A stretch of DNA of 39,940 nt from a virus. This document shows positions 1-7,296 of the stretch, piece by piece; position 1 is the first letter of the stretch; each line of letters begins with the position of its first letter. A model generated the notes under the pieces. The model was not told the origin of the DNA. It did not search any database and saw only the letters and a list, made by a program, of their open reading frames with translations. The position numbers and the translations under genes were made by a program. The stretch is taken from IMG/VR virus record IMGVR_UViG_3300002307_000008, positions 1-39,940 of that record; one strand, written 5' to 3'.

Positions 1-99
1 ACCGGCCTCGATGCCCGAACCGGCCTTGATGCCCCAACCGGCCTTGATGCCCTCACCGGCCTCGATGCCCTCACCGGCCTCGATGCCCGAACCGGCCTT
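1..99. repeat. 18-bp tandem repeat array (5.5 units, 54-bp super-period), continuing the array at 39777..39940
   Basis: Read directly: units GATGCC[CGA/CCA/CTC]ACCGGCCT[T/C]. The array ends at 99, before CGCTCGG. Confidence 0.95.
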
Positions 100-309
100 C
101 GCTCGGATAAACCCTCGCGCGGAAACCGAGAGTTTGAACCGGCACCAGCCAAGATCGGCGGCGATCTCGATGTGACCGGCCCAACAAGTTACGTCCGCCT
201 CACCGATGTAAAACCCGTCTGCGTCGAAATTTTCTTTGCCGAGTTCTAAGACCGGCAACCCGCCGATCATCCGCAGCGGCGCACTGCTTTCCTTCTTCTG
301 TTCTTCCAT
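1..309 (-). CDS. Hexapeptide-repeat (predicted beta-helix) protein, 5' part; runs off the window start and continues in frame at 39893
   Basis: ATG at 309..307 sits 5 nt after AGGAGG. Translation is MEEQKKESSAPLRMIGGLPVLELGKENFDADGFYIGEADVTCWAGHIEIAADLGWCRFKLSVSARGFIRAKAGSGIEAGEGIEAGEGIKAGWGIKAGSGIEAG, with no stop before position 1. Confidence 0.7.
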   Translation of the reverse strand, partial: MEEQKKESSAPLRMIGGLPVLELGKENFDADGFYIGEADVTCWAGHIEIAADLGWCRFKLSVSARGFIRAKAGSGIEAGEGIEAGEGIKAGWGIKAGSGIEAG

Positions 310-320
310 TCATGCCTCCT

Positions 321-581
321 TTAGGCAGCAGATTCGCTCTGCATCGCGGAGGTCTGGGTATCATGCAATTGAGATTGCTGACCTGCCTCAAGTGGGTCAC
401 TCGCGGTCCCGATGCCAGTCGGGACCGTTTTCTTTTTGTGATGCCAGTAGTAAGTGCGGGGGTGAATGCCAACCCGTGCGCACGCTTTGGTAACGCTCAA
501 GCCGACATGCTCGACGAGCGAACTCGCTTGGGCATAAAGGTCCTCGGCCTCACCTTTCTTCAATCGTTCTGCATTCGGCAT
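321..581 (-). CDS. Small HTH DNA-binding protein in the Cro/early-regulator position, divergent from the repressor
   Basis: ORF 321..599; the first ATG is at 581 (599 is TTG). The segment LSVTKACARVGIHPRTYYWH resembles a transposase-8/Cro-type helix-turn-helix. Its stop lies just upstream of the RBS of the repeat-protein gene. Confidence 0.55.
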   Translation of the reverse strand: MPNAERLKKGEAEDLYAQASSLVEHVGLSVTKACARVGIHPRTYYWHHKKKTVPTGIGTASDPLEAGQQSQLHDTQTSAMQSESAA

Positions 582-646
582 TGAGCGTATTGTACACAAC
601 TACATAAGATTGTGCAATATCACGGCACAATAATTGCCGACATTAT
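582..646. promoter_or_regulatory. Divergent promoter/operator region between the HTH gene and the CI-like repressor
   Basis: A 65-bp gap contains ATTGTACACAA (589..599), AAGATTGTGCAAT (606..618), GGCACAATAATTGCC (623..637) and TGTGTAC (646..652). The 14-mer-like motif recurs at 1341..1353. Confidence 0.55.
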
Positions 647-1291
647 GTGTACGTGGCTGGCAACACGAGGTCCGCAGAGATTGCGGCAATCAAAGAACTA
701 CTTGGAATATCCGCAACGAGAATGGCGGCTCGTCTTGGCGTCAAGCCGTCGACGCTGCATAACTGGGTGTACGGGAGGTCCGACAACGTTCCCGATTCAG
801 TGATGGCGAAAGCGCGCGCGATGGTAAGCACAAACGACGTCGGGCCTCCCAAGATCCCGGCGTCTCAGCTCTTGATTCCAGTCCCTTTCATCGGAGGGGT
901 TGCGGCTTCGAGTCCGGCTGATTGGACCGATCCTTTTGAGTCTGAAACGTTCGAATACGTGCCTCCCGAAATGGGCGACGTACGCGGCAGGTTCGCTTGC
1001 AGTGTCATTGGCGACTCAATGTACGAGCTGCTTCAGCAAGGCGACGTGTGCGTCTTTCAGTCTTCAACCACGCCTAAAATCGGCTCCGTTGTCCTGTTCC
1101 GATCAGACGACCGCAAAGTCACGATCAAGACTCTAAAGCATGACGGGAATAAATTTGTGCTCCATCCCGAGAACCCGTCGTACGAAGATGTTGAAGCTCG
1201 CGGTCTGTGTATCGGCTATCTCGTTGGCATTGTTCGCGAGGTCGGATCGAAGCGGGTGACGGTCTACGATCCGACCGGCATCCGAGCCTAG
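647..1291 (+). CDS. CI/LexA-type repressor (N-terminal XRE HTH plus C-terminal S24 peptidase)
   Basis: The HTH segment is LLGISATRMAARLGVKPSTLHNWVYG. The S24 serine motif is GDSM (VIGDSMYELL), with a downstream lysine in VTIKTLKH. GTG start at 647. Confidence 0.8.
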   Translation: MYVAGNTRSAEIAAIKELLGISATRMAARLGVKPSTLHNWVYGRSDNVPDSVMAKARAMVSTNDVGPPKIPASQLLIPVPFIGGVAASSPADWTDPFESETFEYVPPEMGDVRGRFACSVIGDSMYELLQQGDVCVFQSSTTPKIGSVVLFRSDDRKVTIKTLKHDGNKFVLHPENPSYEDVEARGLCIGYLVGIVREVGSKRVTVYDPTGIRA

Positions 1292-1333
1292 AAGAAAGTT
1301 TTTTCGTAAATAACTCGAAATACTCTGTACAGA

Positions 1334-1353
1334 ATTGCACAAGATTGTGTAAT
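1334..1353. promoter_or_regulatory. Operator-like inverted half-sites ATTGCACAA-G-ATTGTGTAAT upstream of the plus-strand early operon
   Basis: AAGATTGTGTAAT (1341..1353) matches AAGATTGTGCAAT (606..618) at 12 of 13 positions. It lies between the repressor stop and the first early ORF. Confidence 0.5.
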
Positions 1354-1518
1354 GTATTCCTTGTAAGCGGCTGGCACCGCTTCGAGGACATCAATGCAAA
1401 CGCAATCTCAAAAGCGAAAGACCGACAAACGGTCCCGAACTCTTAACCACCGCGCCGAGCGACACGCCCGACGCCAAGCCCTGAACCTCACCCGCTACCT
1501 CCGCATCGAGGTACAGCG

Positions 1519-1671
1519 ATGAACCGAATCCTAGAGAAGATTCGGTCCCTGCTCGGCGAACTGACTCCCGAGGAAACCTCCACACTCGCGCAGGAAGTTC
1601 TACTTTCGATGCGCCGTGACGCTGCGCTTGAAGCCATTCGCCTCTACGAGGAAGCTGAGGAGTGCTGCTGA
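1519..1671 (+). CDS. Hypothetical small protein (50 aa)
   Basis: Translation is MNRILEKIRSLLGELTPEETSTLAQEVLLSMRRDAALEAIRLYEEAEECC. Its stop overlaps the next ATG (ATGA at 1669..1673). It is below the ORF-track size cutoff. Confidence 0.4.
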   Translation: MNRILEKIRSLLGELTPEETSTLAQEVLLSMRRDAALEAIRLYEEAEECC

Positions 1672-1898
1672 TGAGCAAAGGAACCTACTTCCAGGAAATC
1701 CTGGTCACGAAAGAGCAGCTCGCTCTCGACCTGCTCGAAGCCATCCGCTCAGGAATCCGAGGCAAGGTTTTCCACGGCGGGACCCATAGCGACGTAGAAG
1801 ACCTGAACCGCGTGCTCAGCATGCTCTTGGACGTCAAGAACGCGCTGACTCCTGACCCTGCTCCTGCCCCTAAGACTTTCCGAGAGGTGAACGCCTGA
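1671..1898 (+). CDS. Hypothetical protein (75 aa)
   Basis: Track ORF 1662..1898. The ATG at 1671 is coupled to the upstream stop, and TGATG couples it to the next gene. Confidence 0.5.
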   Translation: MSKGTYFQEILVTKEQLALDLLEAIRSGIRGKVFHGGTHSDVEDLNRVLSMLLDVKNALTPDPAPAPKTFREVNA

Positions 1899-2692
1899 TG
1901 ATATTCGGCGCTCCGACCCTGCCCATGCCGCCGCCGGCACGTCGAACCGTTGAGGAACTCCGCGCCCTCGGCATCGTTCCAAACCCGATCCTCCCGCAGC
2001 ACGTCGCGCTGATCATAGCCAACGAAGAGGCGGACAACTTTGAGCGGATCAAGTCTCGCCCCGCAAGCGAACCACTAATACCGAGCATCACCCCTCCGAT
2101 CCGGGAGGGGAACCGGCTGATCCTCGCGCCCGATTTCGTCGGCGGTCAAACCATCACGATCGAGTGCTTCGATCAGTCCACGGCCACGAAGTGCCCGACG
2201 TCGTTTATCGCAATTCAGTCCGCGCACTACCAATCGTCACGGTGCCAGATCCACTTCGAGGGAATGGTCGCGAAGTCGTTCGCTAGTCGCGGATATGAGA
2301 ACTTCGAACCCGAAACGCCGGAGCCGATCTTCTTCATGCTCCAAATGAACCGCGATCTGAAATACAACCTCCCGGTCATCCAGATCCCGGTCGACCTGCC
2401 TCTCAAGACTGTGTGTCGTCAGCTCGCAAACGGTCAGCTGAGCCTCCGCGACATCCAGATCCCGGACGGTCCCTGTGCGCTCACCGTCGAAAACTGCCCG
2501 AAGATGATCGCTCGTCGCGCCAAAGCGGCTGAGCGAAAAGCGACTGGTCAATCACTGCCTCTACGTCGCAGTGAGGCGCGAGCGCGATTCCTAGCCGAAC
2601 ACCGCGCCGAACGCGAACGCGCGAGCAAAGACTGGCCGAACGACGCTCTAACCGAGCTGATCGCACGAACGGCCAAGGCGGTGAGTTGCTGA
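1898..2692 (+). CDS. Hypothetical protein (264 aa)
   Basis: Long ORF with start and stop coupled to its neighbours. I recognise no motif. Confidence 0.6.
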   Translation: MIFGAPTLPMPPPARRTVEELRALGIVPNPILPQHVALIIANEEADNFERIKSRPASEPLIPSITPPIREGNRLILAPDFVGGQTITIECFDQSTATKCPTSFIAIQSAHYQSSRCQIHFEGMVAKSFASRGYENFEPETPEPIFFMLQMNRDLKYNLPVIQIPVDLPLKTVCRQLANGQLSLRDIQIPDGPCALTVENCPKMIARRAKAAERKATGQSLPLRRSEARARFLAEHRAERERASKDWPNDALTELIARTAKAVSC

Positions 2693-2910
2693 TGCAATCG
2701 ACAACGGAAACTCTCCTGGTCACCGTCGTCAAACGCGGCCCGTACAGCCTGATCGTCACCCCACGAATCGACCGCAGAGGTTTCGTCCTCGCGGTCACCG
2801 GCCCGGACGGAATCAAATCCGCCCGGCGCCGCCGGCCCTTCGAAACTCGCCACCACGCCCTCAAAACGGGCCTCCGAATTCTCCAAACCAGCGCAGGTGA
2901 TCTCTCATGA
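2692..2910 (+). CDS. Hypothetical protein (72 aa)
   Basis: Track ORF 2686..2910. The ATG at 2692 overlaps the upstream TGA. Confidence 0.45.
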   Translation: MQSTTETLLVTVVKRGPYSLIVTPRIDRRGFVLAVTGPDGIKSARRRRPFETRHHALKTGLRILQTSAGDLS

Positions 2911-3449
2911 GCGAAACAACCACAACCCGAAAACGAAACATCTTCGACATCGATGCCGAACTCGACCAGATCGCCATGTCCTTCGACCAGCTCGAAGATG
3001 GCGGCACCGAGGAGGCTGTTCTCGCCGCGATCGAAGCCTACTTCGGCGACCTGATCCAGGAGCGAGACGCGAAACTCGACAACTACGCCCGGTTCATTTC
3101 CGAGCGCCAGACGATCGGCGCTGCGCGCAAGGCTGAAGCCGATCGTCTCGCCGCACTTGCTAAGGTCGACAACAACACGGCCGACCGCGCGAAGGCGTTT
3201 CTCAAACACCTGTTCGACTCGAAAGGTTGGACCAAGATCGAGACGCCGTCGCACAAATTCGGGATCCAGGCGAACGGCGGCAAGCCGCCTCTAATAATCG
3301 ACGAGGTGGATCCAACGACGGTCGACGAGTGCTACCGATTGGTCACGGTCAAGATCGACCAGGAAGCGGTCCGAGCAGACCTCGAGGCTGGCGTTGAAGT
3401 CCCGTTTGCCCGAATCGGTGAGGTCGGCACTCACCTGAGGATTCGATGA
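2907..3449 (+). CDS. Siphovirus Gp157-like protein
   Basis: The N-terminal coiled coil has DAKLDNYARFI and an AEADRLAALAK segment. The C-terminal part has KIETPSHKFGIQ..PPLIIDE..VP, ending THLRIR. This is the Gp157 pattern as I recall it. Confidence 0.6.
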   Translation: MSETTTTRKRNIFDIDAELDQIAMSFDQLEDGGTEEAVLAAIEAYFGDLIQERDAKLDNYARFISERQTIGAARKAEADRLAALAKVDNNTADRAKAFLKHLFDSKGWTKIETPSHKFGIQANGGKPPLIIDEVDPTTVDECYRLVTVKIDQEAVRADLEAGVEVPFARIGEVGTHLRIR

Positions 3450-3547
3450 ACGGTCGTATCAACTTCGAGAACGTGTTCTATCTCACGTTCGGCCCGCTCG
3501 TAATCGTCGCCGGCGCAGTCATCTGCTGGGTGGTGGAGCGATCGTGA
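3446..3547 (+). CDS. Small hydrophobic protein (33 aa, one TM-like segment)
   Basis: Translation is MNGRINFENVFYLTFGPLVIVAGAVICWVVERS. ATGA overlap upstream and GTGA overlap downstream. Confidence 0.35.
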   Translation: MNGRINFENVFYLTFGPLVIVAGAVICWVVERS

Positions 3548-3711
3548 ACTTCGCGCCAGCCTGCTTCCACCGTGCCGCCGAGCGCGATCGCCTCATCCGC
3601 GCGAAGACGGTTACGTCGCTGCTGATCGTCACCGTCCTCCTGACAGGAATTGCGTATCGAACTTGCAGCCAGAACCCGGTCAGCTCGACGAACGCTCAGG
3701 AGGCCCGATGA
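3544..3711 (+). CDS. Small membrane protein (55 aa, one TM-like segment)
   Basis: GTG start. The hydrophobic segment is SLLIVTVLLTGIAY. The stop overlaps the next ATG. Confidence 0.35.
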   Translation: MNFAPACFHRAAERDRLIRAKTVTSLLIVTVLLTGIAYRTCSQNPVSSTNAQEAR

Positions 3712-3920
3712 GCGCAGTCGCTGGCCGAATCGCCGAGACCTACGCCGACCTCAGCACGGCTGAGGTCGTCGGCCAACAGCAGGTCGCACTCAAACGCCTC
3801 GAGGAGGCCCGACTGGAGTGGAGCAACTGGCACGAACGACTACTGACCATCGACACCGTTCTCCGGACCCGACCCGAATACGAAATCGACCAAGCGCGAA
3901 AGGAGCGCCAACCGAAATGA
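3708..3920 (+). CDS. Hypothetical protein (70 aa)
   Basis: ATG at 3708 is preceded by AGGAGG. It lies within track ORF 3663..3920. Confidence 0.55.
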   Translation: MSAVAGRIAETYADLSTAEVVGQQQVALKRLEEARLEWSNWHERLLTIDTVLRTRPEYEIDQARKERQPK

Positions 3921-5413
3921 ACGAACTATTCCTACAGATTCCCCTGTCGTCAATCTCTGAATCTCCGTCGAACCCGCGCAAAACCTACAGCGACTCAGCC
4001 CTCGACGAATTGGCCAGCTCGATCCAGGCGCACGGCGTTCTGCAACCGTTGCTGGTGCGACCGATCGGAAATGATCCGCACGACAACGCATACGAAGTCG
4101 TGTTTGGCCATCGACGACTTCGAGCGGCGGAACGCGCCGGCATTCCAAACGTGCCCTGTCGGATCCGCGAAATGTCGGACGACGAGGTCCTCGAGTGCCA
4201 GATCATCGAGAACGCGCAGCGCGAGGATGTCCATCCTCACGAGGAGGCACTCGGCTACAAGCAGCTCATCGATCGCGGAATGTACGACATCGACCAGATC
4301 GCGGTCAAAGTCGGCAAGTCCGCCAAGCTCGATCCGGAGGTAGCGACGAAACTCCGAGACGCCGGCGCCGCGATCGACAGCCTGGAGCGAATTGCGGCCC
4401 TCAATCCCGATGATCAGCTGGCGATGTGCAATTGGATCATCACTGCACATTGGGGCACACCTAATGCTTCGGAGGTCCGGCGTCAAATCGAAAACGCCTT
4501 TGTGCTTCGGCTCGACGACGCAGCGTTTAACCCGAAGGATGCAAAGCTGGTCGCCTCGGCTGGGTCCTGCGTCGGCTGCGTGTTCAACACTGCGTCACAG
4601 GCTGACATCTTCGCTGATGGTGAATCAGACAAGAAGCAGGGCCGCTGCCTCAACAAGCCGTGCTTCACGACCAAAACGAACGCCCACATCGAAGCGGTCC
4701 GCGCAACGGCCGTTAAGAAGTACGGCGAAGTGACAAACCTATCGATTCAACATGCCGAATCGAAGGTCGGGCTGCCTTCAAAGAACTGGACTGCATGCGA
4801 TGCCGATGATCCAGAGGCCAAGCCGGGAATGATCGTCGAACATTGGCGAGGATCCGAGATTGGCAAGATCGTCCATTTCAAACCGACTGTGGCGATTCGC
4901 ACGACCGAGACCGGGGCGAGCATTCCAGAAGATCGAACGGCCCGACTCGAGCAGCTCCGCGGATACAAGATCGAGACGACATTCCGACGTGCGGTTTTCG
5001 ACGCCTGCCTCGTCTGCTTCCCGATCGAGCCTGACGCGAAGTTCATCACTGAGTTCCTTCGAGTCGCCGTCGCCCAGGCCGTGGTCAGCCCATCGTACAA
5101 CCCGTACGACTCCAAGGACGCTGCGAAGCATCCAGGACTGCAGCCAGCGAAGGAACTGCTTGGCATCGCGAAGGAAGGTAGTCGCGAACTCAATCTGACT
5201 AAGGCGGCAATTGGAGACGTGTCGACCAGTCTCAAGGCTCTGTTCATCTTGGCCACCAAATCCGAGATCGCGAACAACGATAACTGGCAGAAACACACAC
5301 CGTTCGTCTTGATGCACACGGCCGCGTTGTGCAATGTCGACGTCGAGATGCTGAGGAAGGAAGCCGAGGCCAAGTTCGCTCCAAAGGCCAAGAAAGGCAA
5401 GGCGGCAGCGTGA
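3917..5413 (+). CDS. ParB/Srx N-terminal domain protein with a Cys-rich central region (ICE/plasmid ParB-like)
   Basis: ParB-N motifs are present: ISESPSNPRK, GVLQPLLVRP, VVFGHRRLRAAERAG and IIENAQRED. A later segment reads GSCVGCVFNT..GRCLNKPCF. The ATG at 3917 overlaps the upstream stop. Confidence 0.75.
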   Translation: MNELFLQIPLSSISESPSNPRKTYSDSALDELASSIQAHGVLQPLLVRPIGNDPHDNAYEVVFGHRRLRAAERAGIPNVPCRIREMSDDEVLECQIIENAQREDVHPHEEALGYKQLIDRGMYDIDQIAVKVGKSAKLDPEVATKLRDAGAAIDSLERIAALNPDDQLAMCNWIITAHWGTPNASEVRRQIENAFVLRLDDAAFNPKDAKLVASAGSCVGCVFNTASQADIFADGESDKKQGRCLNKPCFTTKTNAHIEAVRATAVKKYGEVTNLSIQHAESKVGLPSKNWTACDADDPEAKPGMIVEHWRGSEIGKIVHFKPTVAIRTTETGASIPEDRTARLEQLRGYKIETTFRRAVFDACLVCFPIEPDAKFITEFLRVAVAQAVVSPSYNPYDSKDAAKHPGLQPAKELLGIAKEGSRELNLTKAAIGDVSTSLKALFILATKSEIANNDNWQKHTPFVLMHTAALCNVDVEMLRKEAEAKFAPKAKKGKAAA

Positions 5414-5703
5414 AAGTCACGACGTACGACGGCGAAGGCTACGCGACCGACATTGAAGTCGGTCCGATCAATGTCGAGCTAGATCAGTCGAACATGCTCC
5501 AACCTCGCGAGCTGTTCCTCGCCCAGGGGTTCAGACCAAGCTACATCATCGACCGAGGAGCAGACGGCAAACCGCTCACCAAAACCGAGCAGGTGCGAAT
5601 GGTCGGCAACTCGGTGTCTCCGCCACCGGCCAGAGCGCTGCTTCTCGCCAACCTGCAAAGTATGGTCGCTCGCAACGACATGCGCAAGGCGGTGGTCGCA
5701 TGA
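5410..5703 (+). CDS. Stand-alone C-terminal fragment of a DNA (cytosine-5) methyltransferase (motifs IX-X only)
   Basis: MLQPRELFLAQGFRPSYII resembles (T)PRE..RLQGFP. VRMVGNSVSPPPARALL resembles motif X (Q.GN.V.PP.A). Motifs I, IV (PC) and VI (ENV) appear nowhere in the window. GTG at 5410 overlaps the ParB stop. Confidence 0.6.
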   Translation: MKVTTYDGEGYATDIEVGPINVELDQSNMLQPRELFLAQGFRPSYIIDRGADGKPLTKTEQVRMVGNSVSPPPARALLLANLQSMVARNDMRKAVVA

Positions 5704-6353
5704 AAGAGCGACCAATTCTATTCTCCGGGCCGATGGTCCGCGCGATTCTCGAAGGTCGCAAGACACAGACGCGGCGCGTTGTGAAGTGCCCAGGCTTAAC
5801 GACTGAGTGTGAGTTTGACCCATTTGGCGGGAGCGGGACACTGGAAGACTTTGACGCGGTTTTCTACACTCCAGAACGGAGCGGCAATCGGTTTGCGGTC
5901 AATTGTCCTTACGGTCAAGTCGGCGACCGGCTGTGGGTGAAAGAGACATTCACGCTCACTCAATTTGGAAAGGCGGTCTATCGCGCCGACGCGAAGGACC
6001 AGACGGGACAACGATGGTCGAGCATCGCGCCTGGTGATCCCGGCCGCGAAGTCAAATGGAAGCCCTCGATATTTATGCCAAGGACGGCGTCACGAATCAC
6101 GCTTGAAATCGTGAGTGTTTGCATCGAGCGGTTGCAGGACATCAGCGTGGAGGACGCCTTCGCGGAAGGCGTATGCGCGTTGCCGATTGAACGTGCGTTG
6201 TCGATCAGCAACCAATATGCAACGGATAACGCTGATGCGGCCATTGAGAAGTATCAGACGGTGTGGGAGTCAATCAACGGCACTAAAGGCGCGAAGTCGT
6301 GGAACGCTAACCCGTGGGTTTGGGTGGTCGAGTTTAAGGTGGTGGCCACGTGA
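5700..6353 (+). CDS. ASCH-domain-like protein
   Basis: The N-terminus PILFSGPMVRAILEGRKTQTRR matches the ASCH G-x-K-x-x-[ET]-x-R signature. Also present are GDRLWVKETF and WKPSIFMPRTASRITLEIVSVCIERLQDIS. Confidence 0.55.
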   Translation: MKERPILFSGPMVRAILEGRKTQTRRVVKCPGLTTECEFDPFGGSGTLEDFDAVFYTPERSGNRFAVNCPYGQVGDRLWVKETFTLTQFGKAVYRADAKDQTGQRWSSIAPGDPGREVKWKPSIFMPRTASRITLEIVSVCIERLQDISVEDAFAEGVCALPIERALSISNQYATDNADAAIEKYQTVWESINGTKGAKSWNANPWVWVVEFKVVAT

Positions 6354-6988
6354 GCGATTCTAAGTGGACCGAGAAGCGGATCCGGCGCATTGTGGCCAGC
6401 CACTACGGCGTGAACAAAAACACGATCTTGCCCAATTACGCGATCGGCACGACTGGATTCGAGGCCGACCTGCTCGTTATTCGACCGTCGATGTGGGCCG
6501 AAGAGATCGAGATCAAATGCTCGGTCGAAGACTTCCGAGCGGAGTTCAAATCGAAGTGCCGAAAGCATCGGATCCTCGTCGAGGGCAAGCCGGTGTGGCG
6601 ACGACAGCCTCACTACATCCGAGACCATACTCCTGACCAGTGGAAAGAGTGGGACGAAGCCCTAGCGAGAGATAACTATGATGACGCGAGAACCGATAGT
6701 CGAGGCAGCGTCTTCGCAATGGATGACTGGTCACAGCCGAAAAAGCACACCTGCAAGAAGTTCTGGTTCGCAGCTCCGCTCGAAATCGCTGAGAAGATCA
6801 AAGAGCAAGTCCCTGACCACGCGGGCCTGTATGCGATCAGCAAAGCCTGTTTCGGCCACGACGTCCGAATTCTCAAAGAAGCACCCGTCCTCAAGATGGC
6901 TCAGAAGGTCGACGAGAAGATGATGCAGCACGTCCTCCAGTGCGCCTACTACCGATTCTGGGACAGCGAACGAAAGGAGGCCGCGTGA
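6350..6988 (+). CDS. PD-(D/E)xK nuclease-fold protein, MmcB-like
   Basis: GFEADLLVI...EEIEIKCSVEDFRAEFKSK gives the D...E-x-K pattern. The later KKFWFAAPLEIAEKI..GLYAI matches the MmcB family pattern as I recall it. Confidence 0.55.
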   Translation: MSDSKWTEKRIRRIVASHYGVNKNTILPNYAIGTTGFEADLLVIRPSMWAEEIEIKCSVEDFRAEFKSKCRKHRILVEGKPVWRRQPHYIRDHTPDQWKEWDEALARDNYDDARTDSRGSVFAMDDWSQPKKHTCKKFWFAAPLEIAEKIKEQVPDHAGLYAISKACFGHDVRILKEAPVLKMAQKVDEKMMQHVLQCAYYRFWDSERKEAA

Positions 6989-7296
6989 AGCAATCTGTCA
7001 CCTATTCGATCTCGATCGACGCTGACTACAAGCCACTGAAATATTGGTCTGACACATGGGCGATTCCCATCACGACGATCCGAACGTGGATCCAAAACGG
7101 CAAGTGCCCGGCCAAGTTGATCGGTGGCCAATATATGATTTCGCAGCTCGAACTGTTAAACTGGACACCTCCAGAAAGCGAAAAGGACGGTCATGGCGAG
7201 AGCGAAGGGCGAGGGGACGTACGAAAGAAGAAAGAGCGACCTGCAATATCGGTTCGTGCTTCAAGCGGACAAAAAACGTCTCGTTGGCCCGTTTAA
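6985..7296 (+). CDS. Excisionase-family HTH protein
   Basis: WAIPITTIRTWIQNGKCPAKLIGGQYMISQLELLNW resembles the MerR/excisionase HTH. GTG at 6985 overlaps the upstream stop. The low-complexity tail overlaps the integrase start by 104 nt. Confidence 0.5.
   Translation: MKQSVTYSISIDADYKPLKYWSDTWAIPITTIRTWIQNGKCPAKLIGGQYMISQLELLNWTPPESEKDGHGESEGRGDVRKKKERPAISVRASSGQKTSRWPV

Noticed and set aside
1-99. Possibility that the 18-bp periodic arrays at both ends are a CRISPR array or a non-coding satellite
   Set aside because: The units are contiguous with no spacers. They lie in an open reading frame with a clean hexapeptide periodicity that continues into non-repetitive flanks.
1365-1382. Perfect 6-bp hairpin AAGCGG-CTGGCA-CCGCTT just downstream of the operator at 1334..1353, considered as a nut/boxB-like antitermination site
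   Set aside because: No second copy occurs in the opposite early transcript, no N-like protein is identified and no T-run follows. The evidence goes no further than a short hairpin.
4747-5400. 217-aa and 179-aa minus-strand ORFs inside the ParB gene
   Set aside because: They are antisense shadows of a gene with unambiguous ParB motifs.
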